Shown here: positions 1 through 8,248 of the stretch, in pieces | Numbering within the stretch: position 1 is the first letter of the stretch | Layout: each line of letters opens with the position of its first letter | NCBI GenBank assembly: GCA_964519485.1 | Contig: CAZFKY010000001.1 | Coordinates: forward strand, 1 to 34,477 | From: an uncultured Candidatus Saccharibacteria bacterium | GTDB taxonomy: Bacteria; Patescibacteriota; Minisyncoccia; Phycocordibacterales; UBA9973 | Length of the DNA stretch: 34,477 nucleotides | Direction of reading: 5' to 3' | Notes under the pieces: generated by a model | Databases searched by the model: none | What the model was told of the DNA's origin: nothing | What the model saw: the letters and a program-made list of their open reading frames with translations, nothing else | Position numbers and translations under genes: made by a program

Positions 1-2050
1 TGTGTTCATTGCCACCATTGTACCAATCCACCGGCATCCAATATTTCAATTTTTTCTTATCTGCAAAAGCTTTATTATTTTTCACATCTGCGTAGCGTAA
101 GAAATACCAAGAAGAACCTGCCCAGTTTGGCATGGTGTCTGTCTCCCTTTTAGCCTTGCCCTTACATTTTGGGCATTTGGTATTTACCCATTTTGTAATA
201 TTTGCTAGTGGACTCTCGCCATTGTCAGTAGGCTGGTAATTTTTTACCTTTGGAAGCTCTAGCGGTAGGTCTTTTTCCGGAAGTGGCACAATACCGCAAT
301 ACTCGCAATGCACTACTGGTATAGGCTCACCCCAATATCTCTGACGAGAAAAAACCCAATCTCGAAGCTTGAAGGTGGTCTTCAATCTACCACCCACAAA
401 CTCGGTGATTTTCTTTTTCGCTTCTTCGGAAGTAAGATCATTGAACTTTCCAGAATTTACCAAAATACCGTATGGAGAATAAAATAAATCTGATCTACCA
501 ATTCTGTTGAATGGTGTAGGATTGGTGGTGATAAAAGAAACAACTTTTTCTCTCTTCACCCAAACAATATCATGTTTCTGTTTTTCTTCTTCCGTAATTT
601 CCTTTCTTTCTTCATTTTCTAATTCAAAATAAAGACCATAAAAGTCTGCGTTTCTGTTTTCATTTTTTTGAGGATGCCAAAACGAAGCCCTCATGGGGTT
701 ACCTAAGTATTGTATAAATTTTAAATTTTTATAACCTGTTTCTTCATAAATCTCCCTTTTTGCTGCTTCTATCATATCTTCACCTTCTTCAACACCCCCA
801 GTGATTGGACTCTTCCATTTAGCATCTTTTTTCCAATCCAACAATAAAAACTCATCTGTCTTTGGATTTCTAACATAACATTCTACACACTTTCTAAATA
901 CAAAAGGCAAACCCACTTTAGGAGGATGAAGTTTTTCTACTTCATGTTCTGCAACTACATACTTGATCTCAAGACCATGCTTCTTTGCAAATTCCCAGTC
1001 TCGTTCATCGTGCGCAGGTACAGCCATCACAGCCCCTGTACCATAATTTGCGAGCACATAATCCGCCACCCACACAGGTATTTCCGCACCATTCGCAGGA
1101 TTGATGGCTTTTATGCCTTTCAATTCTACTCCGGTCTTTTCTTTATCAGTAGCGAGGCGGACTGCTTCATCTTTCTTCTTTACTTCATTGATATATTTTT
1201 CTACCTCTCCCCAATTTGATATTTTATTCTTCAAATCTAACACCACTTTGTGTTCTGGGGCTAAAACCAAATAAGTAGCTCCAAAGATGGTGTCTGCACG
1301 AGTGGTGAAAATATCTACTACATCTAGTTTTAAACTATTGGCTACGAGCTGAAAGCTAATCTGAGAGCCCTCGGACTTTCCTATCCAATTCCTCTGAGAG
1401 AGCTTCACATGAGGTAAATAATCCACTGTGTCCAGATCTTCATAGAGCCTATCTGCATATTTGGTAATAGCGAGCATCCATTGCTCTTTTTCTCTTTTTT
1501 CTACTGGAGCCCCACAACGCTCGCAACAACCATTGATCACCTCTTCATTCGCAAGACCAGTCTTGTCATTTGGACACCAATTTATATTTATTTTAGCTTT
1601 ATAGGCCAAACCTTTCTTTAAGAATTGCAAAAAGATCCACTGGGTCCATTTGTAATATTTCGGATCAGTAGTATTTATTTCCCTCTTCCAATCAAAAGAA
1701 ATACCGATAGATTTTATTTGTTTACGAAAATTATCTGTATTCGTTTTGGTAACCACTCTAGGATCTTTGCCTGTCTTGATAGCATAGTTTTCTGTAGGTA
1801 AACCAAAAGCATCCCAACCTATAGGATAAAGCACATTATAGCCCTCCATCCTCTTCTTTCTGGAAATAAGATCCATACCTATATATGGCCTAGGATGCCC
1901 TACATGTAGACCATCACCAGATGGATATGGAAACTCTATCAAAGAATAAAACTTTTTAGCCTTACTCTTGTCTTTGGCATTATAGATACCTTTTTTATCC
2001 CAGTAATTCTGCCATTTCTTTTCGATTTTCTTGTGATCGTAGTCCTTCAT
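1..2050 (-). CDS. leuS: Leucyl-tRNA synthetase, first ~683 codons; the 3' end runs off the window at position 1. It is absent from the ORF track because no stop codon lies in the window.
   Basis: My own reverse-complement translation from ATG 2050-2048 stays open to position 1. It reads [34 protein letters not shown] (HIGH motif)..[28 protein letters not shown] (Zn knuckle)..[21 protein letters not shown] and [24 protein letters not shown] (CP1 editing domain)..[55 protein letters not shown]. Confidence 0.95.
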   Translation of the reverse strand, partial: MKDYDHKKIEKKWQNYWDKKGIYNAKDKSKAKKFYSLIEFPYPSGDGLHVGHPRPYIGMDLISRKKRMEGYNVLYPIGWDAFGLPTENYAIKTGKDPRVVTKTNTDNFRKQIKSIGISFDWKREINTTDPKYYKWTQWIFLQFLKKGLAYKAKININWCPNDKTGLANEEVINGCCERCGAPVEKREKEQWMLAITKYADRLYEDLDTVDYLPHVKLSQRNWIGKSEGSQISFQLVANSLKLDVVDIFTTRADTIFGATYLVLAPEHKVVLDLKNKISNWGEVEKYINEVKKKDEAVRLATDKEKTGVELKGIKAINPANGAEIPVWVADYVLANYGTGAVMAVPAHDERDWEFAKKHGLEIKYVVAEHEVEKLHPPKVGLPFVFRKCVECYVRNPKTDEFLLLDWKKDAKWKSPITGGVEEGEDMIEAAKREIYEETGYKNLKFIQYLGNPMRASFWHPQKNENRNADFYGLYFELENEERKEITEEEKQKHDIVWVKREKVVSFITTNPTPFNRIGRSDLFYSPYGILVNSGKFNDLTSEEAKKKITEFVGGRLKTTFKLRDWVFSRQRYWGEPIPVVHCEYCGIVPLPEKDLPLELPKVKNYQPTDNGESPLANITKWVNTKCPKCKGKAKRETDTMPNWAGSSWYFLRYADVKNNKAFADKKKLKYWMPVDWYNGGNEH
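470..955 (-). other. Nudix-hydrolase domain inserted inside LeuRS, between the end of the CP1 editing domain and the LVNSGKF segment
   Basis: [23 protein letters not shown] (nt 731-799) fits the Nudix box G-x5-E-x7-R-E-U-x-E-E-x-G-U at every fixed position. About 160 residues separate HGLEIKYV from [15 protein letters not shown]; as I recall, E. coli LeuRS has only a short linker there. Confidence 0.75.
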
Positions 2051-2058
2051 ATATAGTG

Positions 2059-2087
2059 ATAATACCTAAAAAACCACCTTTTTGCAA
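2059..2087 (-). promoter_or_regulatory. Candidate sigma70-type promoter for leuS: TTGCAA-17 nt-TATTAT, with the -10 ending 8 nt before the ATG
   Basis: Minus strand reads TTGCAA (2087-2082), a 17-nt spacer, TATTAT (2064-2059), then cactatat ATG(2050). No Shine-Dalgarno sequence lies between them. Confidence 0.35.
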
Positions 2088-2107
2088 AAGTAATTTTTTT
2101 TATTTAT

Positions 2108-3427
2108 TTAATTAGAAGAGATGTATTTCTTATTAATATTTATCGATACATAACCAAGACCAATAAACAAAAATCCTAATATGACCAAAGCCATAGGCCA
2201 ACCAATTGAATCCGCAAAATACTCGCCAGTAATGTATGAAATATAACCTAATAAAAACAAAGTACTTACAATAAGAACACTGCGACTCCTGGAATAGATG
2301 GAGTACATAAATCCACTAAAAACCAAGGCAACATAAAACAATTGCCAAACTGGTGAACCATAAATTCTAGAAAAGGCAGCTCCTAATAATCCAAGGATGC
2401 CGAAAAAATCTAGAAACAAAACCAGCTTGTTGTTCCAACCATTTCGAAATGTATGCGACAACAATAAATATACTATACCTATAACCATAGTTAGATAAGA
2501 ATATATTTCTCCATTTTGATAAAAATATCCCCCAACCAATGCTCCGATTAAAACATACATGAAGGCTGTACCATTTATTATGGTTAATAGAGTAAGAAGA
2601 GTTTTTTTAACAAAAAAATTAAAAAATAAACAAAACAAGAAAACCAATAATAATGAAAAAGTAACTGGCCATAAAGTTTCATTGTTGTAAAAAGAAACAC
2701 TAGAATACTGCACGAAAGTTGCGAGCTCTACTCCACCAAAACCAAGAAAGTAAAGCGTCTGAGAAAGTTTACTATTCCACCCGCCACGGAATGAATATGC
2801 CAACAGTACATAACAAAATCCTATAGTTATAGTTAAATATGCATATAGATTAGTATAGTCAGTGAACATGCCTTCTGTTATCGCATATAAAGTAGAATAA
2901 ATAAAAATGGTTCCGTTTAGAATAGCAAAAAAAGTAAGCATTGCATTTCTATGTATATACGTTAGCAATAAATAAAATAAGAAGATTAAACTAAAAATAA
3001 AAGCTGTCGGACCAGAAGAAGGAATACTGCCTGTCATTTCATATAAAGCAACCATAGAACCACCAGGTATCAACATTCCACCAATAAAGTGGAAAACTGT
3101 TCCCACGGTATGTTCAGGATTATTTTTTGAAAGAAACGAACCGAGCCCGGTAATAATGAGACCAAGTCCTAAGGTGATGAAAATTCTCCCAAAAGAACCT
3201 ATATCATTCCAAATCTGTGACGCAAATAATACTAAACCCACAATAGCAATAATAGATCCCAAGACATAAAGTAGCTTTGTTACAGAAAAGGAAGGTGTTT
3301 TAATCTTGCTCAAAGTCGACGCAGTAGATACCGAAGACAAACCCAGCATATTGGAAACCTCACTTTTACTTATTTCTCCTGTTGTAATTTTATTAGAAAG
3401 TTCTTGTAATAGCTCGTCTTTAGTCAT
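2108..3427 (-). CDS. Polytopic integral membrane protein with an internal duplication, function unknown. I prefer the ATG at 3427 over the track start at 3457.
   Basis: More than 10 hydrophobic segments. GGAGG (3443-3439) lies 11 nt upstream of ATG 3427 (MTKDELLQEL..). The 3457 start would overlap the upstream gene by 25 nt. The short soluble N-terminus is followed by two homologous halves (..LTFFAILNGTIFIYSTLY..YAYLTITIGFCYVLLAYSFRGGWNSKL and ..LTLLTIINGTAFMYVLIG..YSYLTMVIGIVYLLLSHTFRNGWNNKL). Confidence 0.75.
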   Translation of the reverse strand: MTKDELLQELSNKITTGEISKSEVSNMLGLSSVSTASTLSKIKTPSFSVTKLLYVLGSIIAIVGLVLFASQIWNDIGSFGRIFITLGLGLIITGLGSFLSKNNPEHTVGTVFHFIGGMLIPGGSMVALYEMTGSIPSSGPTAFIFSLIFLFYLLLTYIHRNAMLTFFAILNGTIFIYSTLYAITEGMFTDYTNLYAYLTITIGFCYVLLAYSFRGGWNSKLSQTLYFLGFGGVELATFVQYSSVSFYNNETLWPVTFSLLLVFLFCLFFNFFVKKTLLTLLTIINGTAFMYVLIGALVGGYFYQNGEIYSYLTMVIGIVYLLLSHTFRNGWNNKLVLFLDFFGILGLLGAAFSRIYGSPVWQLFYVALVFSGFMYSIYSRSRSVLIVSTLFLLGYISYITGEYFADSIGWPMALVILGFLFIGLGYVSININKKYISSN

Positions 3428-3432
3428 AAAAT

Positions 3433-4026
3433 TTAATTCCTCCCTGGAAGAACCCATCCAAGAAATTGAAAGTTATTTTGATAATAATATCGATCATTAT
3501 TATTAATAAGATTTAATTTACTATGACTCTTACCCTTCACTAGTGAGTAGCCGTAAGATGATCCCCCACAACCACCAAAAATAAAGAAATCACATCCCCC
3601 ATGGTAAACAGAATCCCAGGATACACTGACACCATCCTGAGAGGTCAATAAGCCACTCAAATTAAGCGCCTGTGCTTCTTCTAGGCTAATCTCTCTACTT
3701 TCATTCTTTTCTGTATCATGTAGAAAAATTCTTGCTGTGTAATTTTCTTTAATATCTGGAATTTTATTATTATTTAAATCCTGTTCGGGATCTATCGCAC
3801 GAATCACCAACTTACCATTCTCTACAAAATATTTTTTCTGTAAAAAGTCATTGCAGTTATAGGGATAATAATTATTATTTTCTACACAAACAGTATAAAT
3901 AAAATTATATTTCGTTTTTAAAAAAATCGAAGGAAGGTATGTGGTAAGGACAACAATAATAATCAATAAAACTGGCAACAAAAAAGCCAATAAAACTGCA
4001 AAATTTCTTTTTATAAAGTCTTTCAT
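3433..4026 (-). CDS. Hypothetical protein with one N-terminal TM anchor. The ATG at 4026 is preferred; the track start at 4044 is a TTG.
   Basis: MKDFIKRNFAVLLAFLLPVLLIIIVVLTTYL forms a signal-anchor. I recognise no motif in the Cys/Gly-containing C-terminal part (HGGCDFFIFGGCGG). Confidence 0.6.
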   Translation of the reverse strand: MKDFIKRNFAVLLAFLLPVLLIIIVVLTTYLPSIFLKTKYNFIYTVCVENNNYYPYNCNDFLQKKYFVENGKLVIRAIDPEQDLNNNKIPDIKENYTARIFLHDTEKNESREISLEEAQALNLSGLLTSQDGVSVSWDSVYHGGCDFFIFGGCGGSSYGYSLVKGKSHSKLNLINNNDRYYYQNNFQFLGWVLPGRN

Positions 4027-4032
4027 TTCTTT

Positions 4033-4041
4033 ATTATACCA
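4033..4041 (-). promoter_or_regulatory. Extended -10 element TGgTATAAT, 6 nt upstream of ATG 4026
   Basis: Minus strand reads t-TGg-TATAAT-aaagaa-ATG, with no SD sequence. The geometry fits a leaderless transcript. Confidence 0.35.
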
Positions 4042-4045
4042 CAAA

Positions 4046-5023
4046 TTAAAGAGACTTGCTCCAGACTGCTGTATTGGCTAGTGGTATAACCCTATTGTTG
4101 GACTTTTCTAGTACACACATCTCTCCTGCTTCTACACCACCTTTAAAATCCTTCATTTTTTCAGACAAAGCATAACCGAGTGAGAGAGCAGACGCATCGA
4201 TAGCATAAGAAGTGAGGATTACAAACAGAGGGTCATCTGATAAAACCTTTTTTACTAAATCCAAAAGTTTCGGCAAATTTTCCTCCAATTTCCAAACTTC
4301 ACCCTTAGGACCACGTCCAAACTTTGGTGGATCCATAATCACTGCATCATATTTATTGCCTCTTTTTACTTCCCTTTCTAGAAATTTTATTACATCATCT
4401 TCTATGATACGCATCGGTAGATTTTCAAGTCCAGACAACTCTTGATTTTCTTTTGCTATTTTTAAAGATTGAGAAGATGCATCGAGATGGGTGACCTCTG
4501 CACCTGCCCGAAGAGCAAAAAGGCTAGCCACCCCGGTGTAACCAAACAAGTTTAAAAACTTAAGCCCTGAAGCACGAGATAAATTTTGACCTGGGGCTCG
4601 CCCGCTTGCGGGTAAAGCGGCAAAATTTTTCTCGTGCGCAAGGGCCTCATTAATCTTTTGCTCAATAAAATCCCAATGGGTAGCCTGCTCAGGAAAAAAG
4701 CTCAAGTGGCGAAAAGGTGTAGGAGAAGCCATGAATTTTATACCTTTATATTCCATTGGCCAACGTTCTGCAAACTTTTTCTCCATTTTCCAACCAGCTT
4801 TAGCACCTGTCTTGGAAGACCAAAATTTACCATCAATACTAGCCCAATCTTTTTTGGGTAGAGTTTTAGGCCAAACTGCATCTTCGTATGGACGCACAAA
4901 AACATGCTGACCAAAACGCTCCAGCTTTTCACCTTCTCCTGTATCAAGAAGCTCATAATCTGGTTTACCTGTTCCTGTGGCGGGCCAATCTTTGGTATAA
5001 AATATTTTTAATTTATTTTCCAT
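4046..5023 (-). CDS. Class I SAM-dependent methyltransferase (COG1092 / RlmI-like rRNA methyltransferase family, lacking an obvious PUA domain)
   Basis: FLNLFGYTGVASLFALRAGAEVTHLDAS is a Rossmann SAM-binding motif I region and DAVIMDPPKFGRGPKGE is a DPPxF motif IV. The N-terminal DYELLDTGEGEKLERFG is typical of this family. The start lies 1 nt after the ychF stop. Confidence 0.75.
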   Translation of the reverse strand: MENKLKIFYTKDWPATGTGKPDYELLDTGEGEKLERFGQHVFVRPYEDAVWPKTLPKKDWASIDGKFWSSKTGAKAGWKMEKKFAERWPMEYKGIKFMASPTPFRHLSFFPEQATHWDFIEQKINEALAHEKNFAALPASGRAPGQNLSRASGLKFLNLFGYTGVASLFALRAGAEVTHLDASSQSLKIAKENQELSGLENLPMRIIEDDVIKFLEREVKRGNKYDAVIMDPPKFGRGPKGEVWKLEENLPKLLDLVKKVLSDDPLFVILTSYAIDASALSLGYALSEKMKDFKGGVEAGEMCVLEKSNNRVIPLANTAVWSKSL

Positions 5024-5024
5024 A

Positions 5025-6014
5025 TTATATTTTAAATTCTATTACATCTCCGTCTTTCACTATGTATTCCTTGCCTTCTGTGCGTACTAGGCCCTTACCA
5101 CGCGCATTGCCATAAGAACCAGCGTTAAGTAAATCCTGCCAATTTATAACCTCAGCACGGATAAATTTGTCTTTAAAATCTGTATGGATAGCTGTACCAG
5201 CAATAGGAGCTGTTGAGCCTATTTTTATGGTCCAAGCCCGGCTCTCATCCTCACCCGTAGTAAAAAAAGTCTCAAGACCGAGGAGCTTGTAGCTAGCAAC
5301 GATAAGATCATCAAAACCTTTTTCAAACACAGAATCTATTTTTACAAAAGCCCCTGGTACATCAAATTCCACGTTTTGATTTGCTTCTGAAGTATTGAGA
5401 ACAAAAAGCATGGGCTTTAAGGTAAGCAAATTTAGTGATTTTATTTTAAACTTTTCATCATCAGTCAAGTTTGCAGTAGTGGCCATCTTGCCCTCTTCAA
5501 GCACTTTTTCAATTCTTTTCAAAATAGCTTCCTCGGTAATTGCATCCTTGCTACCCTTTTTTAAATCTCCAGCTAAAGATTTTATTCTCTTGGAAACTAT
5601 TTCCATGTCAGAGAGCACAAGCTCGAGATTAATCACCCCTATATCTTGCATTGGGTCGATCTTATTCGCCACATGGATTACAGATGGATCTTCGAATACT
5701 CGCACTACGTGCGCAATAGCATCCACTTCGCGAATATTTGTGAGAAATTTATTACCCAAACCTTCTCCTTTGGATGCTCCAGCCACTAGACCGGCAATAT
5801 CTACGAATTCTATCACTGCTGGCACTGTCTTAGCTGATTTAGAAAATTCAGAAAGTTTATAGAGTCTCTCATCTGGCACAGGCACAATACCTACAGAGGG
5901 ATCAATAGTACAAAAAGGGTAATTCTCTGCTGGGACACTCTTTTTAGTAAGTGCATTAAAAAGCGTGGATTTACCCACGTTTGGCAAACCTACGATTCCA
6001 ATACTTAATGACAT
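5025..6014 (-). CDS. ychF: Ribosome-binding ATPase YchF (Obg-family P-loop NTPase)
   Basis: MSLSIGIVGLPNVGKSTLFNALT (G1 P-loop), PFCTIDP (G2), FVDIAGLVAGASKGEGLGNKFL (G3), and a C-terminal TGS-type segment RAWTIKIGSTAPIAGTAIHTDFKDKFIRAEV. Confidence 0.93.
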   Translation of the reverse strand: MSLSIGIVGLPNVGKSTLFNALTKKSVPAENYPFCTIDPSVGIVPVPDERLYKLSEFSKSAKTVPAVIEFVDIAGLVAGASKGEGLGNKFLTNIREVDAIAHVVRVFEDPSVIHVANKIDPMQDIGVINLELVLSDMEIVSKRIKSLAGDLKKGSKDAITEEAILKRIEKVLEEGKMATTANLTDDEKFKIKSLNLLTLKPMLFVLNTSEANQNVEFDVPGAFVKIDSVFEKGFDDLIVASYKLLGLETFFTTGEDESRAWTIKIGSTAPIAGTAIHTDFKDKFIRAEVINWQDLLNAGSYGNARGKGLVRTEGKEYIVKDGDVIEFKI

Positions 6015-6020
6015 AGCTAT

Positions 6021-6049
6021 AATGTAGCAAAATTAGAAAATATTGTCAT
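6021..6049 (-). promoter_or_regulatory. Weak candidate promoter for ychF: ATGACA-17 nt-TACATT, with the -10 ending 6 nt before the ATG
   Basis: Read on the minus strand of the 38-nt VIT1-ychF spacer. No SD sequence is present. Confidence 0.2.
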
Positions 6050-6052
6050 TTC

Positions 6053-6775
6053 TTATATCCCAGCTACACCGAAAAGTTTTCCTATACCAAAAGTTATAAG
6101 CATAGCGAGTAAGCCACCTAAAACTACTCTCAAGGTAGCTTTTCTTTTACTAGCCCCACCAGCGTGGGCACTAAGTGCGCCAGTGATAACAAGAGCTACT
6201 AAAACACCTAAGAAGGTGGCGTAAATGCGCCAAGTTGCAGGTGATAAGGAAATCATAATAATTGGAATGATGGCCCCACACACAAAAGATAAAGCTGAAG
6301 CATAAGCTGCGTGCCAAGGATCAGTAAGGTCATCCGGATCAATACCGAGTTCTGCGTCTAGATGAGCAGCAAAAGCATCACCCTTGGTAAACTCTTCCGC
6401 TACTATTTGCGCTGTCTTTCTAGAAAGACCTTTGCGCTCATAAATATCTACAAGCTCTTGTAATTCTTTTTCTGGATGCTCGATTAATTCTTGGCGTTCT
6501 TGCTCGATGAGGGCTCTCTCTGTATCTCTCTGAGTACTGACGGACACATACTCTCCCACCCCCATAGACAAAGCTCCTGCCACCAAGCCCGCCACACCTG
6601 CTGTCAAAACTACAGACAAAGAGTGCTCTGCGCCCGCCACACCCACCACCAATGAAGCCACAGACACAATACCGTCATTCGCTCCTAATACAGCCGCTCG
6701 AAGCCAATTCAATTTTTTATTTGAAGTCGAAGACTGTGCTTCACTATGCACAATAGAGTCACGAAACATATTCAT
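6053..6775 (-). CDS. VIT1/CCC1-family iron/manganese transporter
   Basis: NWLRAAVLGANDGIVSVASLVVGVAGA is the family signature. An acidic cytoplasmic helix region (ERALIEQERQELIEHPEKELQELVDIYE) and three C-terminal TM helices follow. The SD-like AAGGAAG sits ~11 nt upstream of the ATG. Confidence 0.88.
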   Translation of the reverse strand: MNMFRDSIVHSEAQSSTSNKKLNWLRAAVLGANDGIVSVASLVVGVAGAEHSLSVVLTAGVAGLVAGALSMGVGEYVSVSTQRDTERALIEQERQELIEHPEKELQELVDIYERKGLSRKTAQIVAEEFTKGDAFAAHLDAELGIDPDDLTDPWHAAYASALSFVCGAIIPIIMISLSPATWRIYATFLGVLVALVITGALSAHAGGASKRKATLRVVLGGLLAMLITFGIGKLFGVAGI

Positions 6776-6781
6776 ATATTT

Positions 6782-8236
6782 TTAGACTTCCTTAATTTCG
6801 TTACTAATGACTTCTTCTGCTGCTTCAATGTCTTTTTTAAATTGAGTGATAAAAGCACGCTCATCTGGGGCAAGAGGTTGCAAAGCTTTTATTTTCTTTA
6901 GAATTTTCATTTGTTCTTCTGCGTCTTCTTCCAAGATAGAAAAGCTCTTATTTACCATAGATTTTGCATGAGCCAATCTCTTGCGCATATCTTCTCTATA
7001 ATGAAGTACTTTATACCAACCCCAGGTAGAAATAAAGATGAGCATTATTATCACGGCTACCATCGGTATAAGTAGAGAGAAAGTATTTACTACATTATTC
7101 ACGATAGTATCAGATTTTAATACATTGACCTTGATAGATTCAGATTTAGAGCTCTCAGTGCCGCCTTTGGTCTTACTATAAGCAGTAATCTCATATACAC
7201 CGCTATTTGCTTTGTCAGAAACATAAGTAAATACACCCTTGTCATCAGCCTTAATTTTATAAGTATTGTTTAAAACATTATCTACCTCACCCAAAGAAGA
7301 TGTAGAATTATTAAGTACAGCAGACACATCCATATATACATCGATACTTGGATCAGCCAAACCTTTCACTACTATATATTCTTTTTCTTTTATATTTTCA
7401 GAGTATTCAGTAAAAGATGGTGTGATGAGCCCACTGATATTGAAAGAGTCCGTATTAGAAACCACATCGTTATTTATAGTATCCATAGATACCTTGAGGG
7501 TGTGGCTACCCTTAGGCAAAGCTGGTGCTTCGTATATACCTGAAGATTGACTCTCCCAAGGATATGACACATCATCAATACTAATCCTATAATTAGAATT
7601 TTTCTTTTTTCCTGTACTAGAGATCAAGAACTTGGTGACAGAATCTACACTATCCTTCTTTTTCAACTCTTCTATTTGAATACTAGGTGCTGGTTTATCT
7701 TTCTCTACCACTGGAGCTGGGGCTGTCACTGGAGGAGTCTCTTTTACTGGCGCAGTATTTATAGTAAAATTCGCCTGACCAGATTTAGATATTATATTTG
7801 TGCCCTGACCATCGTTTGCCAAGACAGAAGAGGAGTTAAATTTTATATTAGCAGAACCAGTAGATTTTGCCTTGAAGGACAAAGTGGCTACAGTACCACT
7901 AGATCCAGTATATCCAGACAAGATAACGCCTTCCATATCTATGGTGCCCAGAGAATTTGAATAAGTCGGCTCCTGTGCCCAAAGAGTAATAAGAGAACCA
8001 GACTTTGATACCGAATTTAAAGAAAGTATATCCTGAGAAAACTTTAGTGAGCCAGAGACAGCATTGGCTGATTCACCACCTGTAGATAGTAGTATTTTTA
8101 CGGTAATAGTATCTCCTACTTTATAGGTTCCAGATGAAGGAGATAAGTTTAAATCAGCTGCAAAAACATTTTGTGCAGAAAAAAATAATATAAATAAAAA
8201 TAAAATAGAGAAAAGTACTTTAGAAACTTTTATCAT
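6782..8236 (-). CDS. Surface protein: signal peptide, cohesin-like domain, Pro-rich linker, Ig-like domains, C-terminal TM anchor and an ~85-aa charged cytoplasmic tail
   Basis: Signal peptide is MIKVSKVLFSILFLFILFFSAQNVFA. The cohesin-like block (nt ~7817-8158) reads LNLSPSSGTYKVGDTITVKILLSTGGESANAVSGSLKFSQDILSLNSV..GTVATLSFKAKSTGSANIKF. The TM segment is FSLLIPMVAVIIMLIFISTWGW, followed by the tail REDMRKRLAHAKS..EEVISNEIKEV. Confidence 0.7.
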   Translation of the reverse strand: MIKVSKVLFSILFLFILFFSAQNVFAADLNLSPSSGTYKVGDTITVKILLSTGGESANAVSGSLKFSQDILSLNSVSKSGSLITLWAQEPTYSNSLGTIDMEGVILSGYTGSSGTVATLSFKAKSTGSANIKFNSSSVLANDGQGTNIISKSGQANFTINTAPVKETPPVTAPAPVVEKDKPAPSIQIEELKKKDSVDSVTKFLISSTGKKKNSNYRISIDDVSYPWESQSSGIYEAPALPKGSHTLKVSMDTINNDVVSNTDSFNISGLITPSFTEYSENIKEKEYIVVKGLADPSIDVYMDVSAVLNNSTSSLGEVDNVLNNTYKIKADDKGVFTYVSDKANSGVYEITAYSKTKGGTESSKSESIKVNVLKSDTIVNNVVNTFSLLIPMVAVIIMLIFISTWGWYKVLHYREDMRKRLAHAKSMVNKSFSILEEDAEEQMKILKKIKALQPLAPDERAFITQFKKDIEAAEEVISNEIKEV

Positions 8237-8242
8237 ACTTAA

Positions 8243-8248
8243 ATTATA
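8243..8248 (-). promoter_or_regulatory. Perfect TATAAT 6 nt upstream of ATG 8236; it overlaps the TAA stop of the upstream gene
   Basis: Minus strand reads agg-gTATAAt-ttaagt-ATG. It could be an internal leaderless-type promoter, or a coincidence created by the GTA TAA codons. Confidence 0.25.

Noticed and set aside
926-1219. 97-aa plus-strand ORF, the only track entry in the first 2 kb
   Set aside because: It is antisense to the hand-translated leuS frame, which carries unmistakable LeuRS motifs through this interval.
2065-2095. A/T-only palindrome (ctttt-tgc-aaaag) between the membrane-protein gene and leuS, as a possible terminator
   Set aside because: The stem is only 5 A:T-rich base pairs and is too weak to call. 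The same bases fit a -35 element and spacer better.
3428-3457. Track start codons at 3457 (ATG), 4044 (TTG) and 28297 (GTG)
   Set aside because: Downstream ATGs at 3427 (with GGAGG 11 nt upstream), 4026 and 28303 avoid gene overlap or fit better with upstream signals. The difference is only 2-10 codons and is not proven.
5018-5029. TATAAT directly abutting ATG 5023 (and GATAAT abutting ATG 9077) as promoters
   Set aside because: A zero-nt gap to the start codon is incompatible with normal -10-to-TSS spacing. The hexamers are by-products of the upstream TAA stop codons in AT-rich sequence. This is also a caveat for the leaderless-promoter finding.
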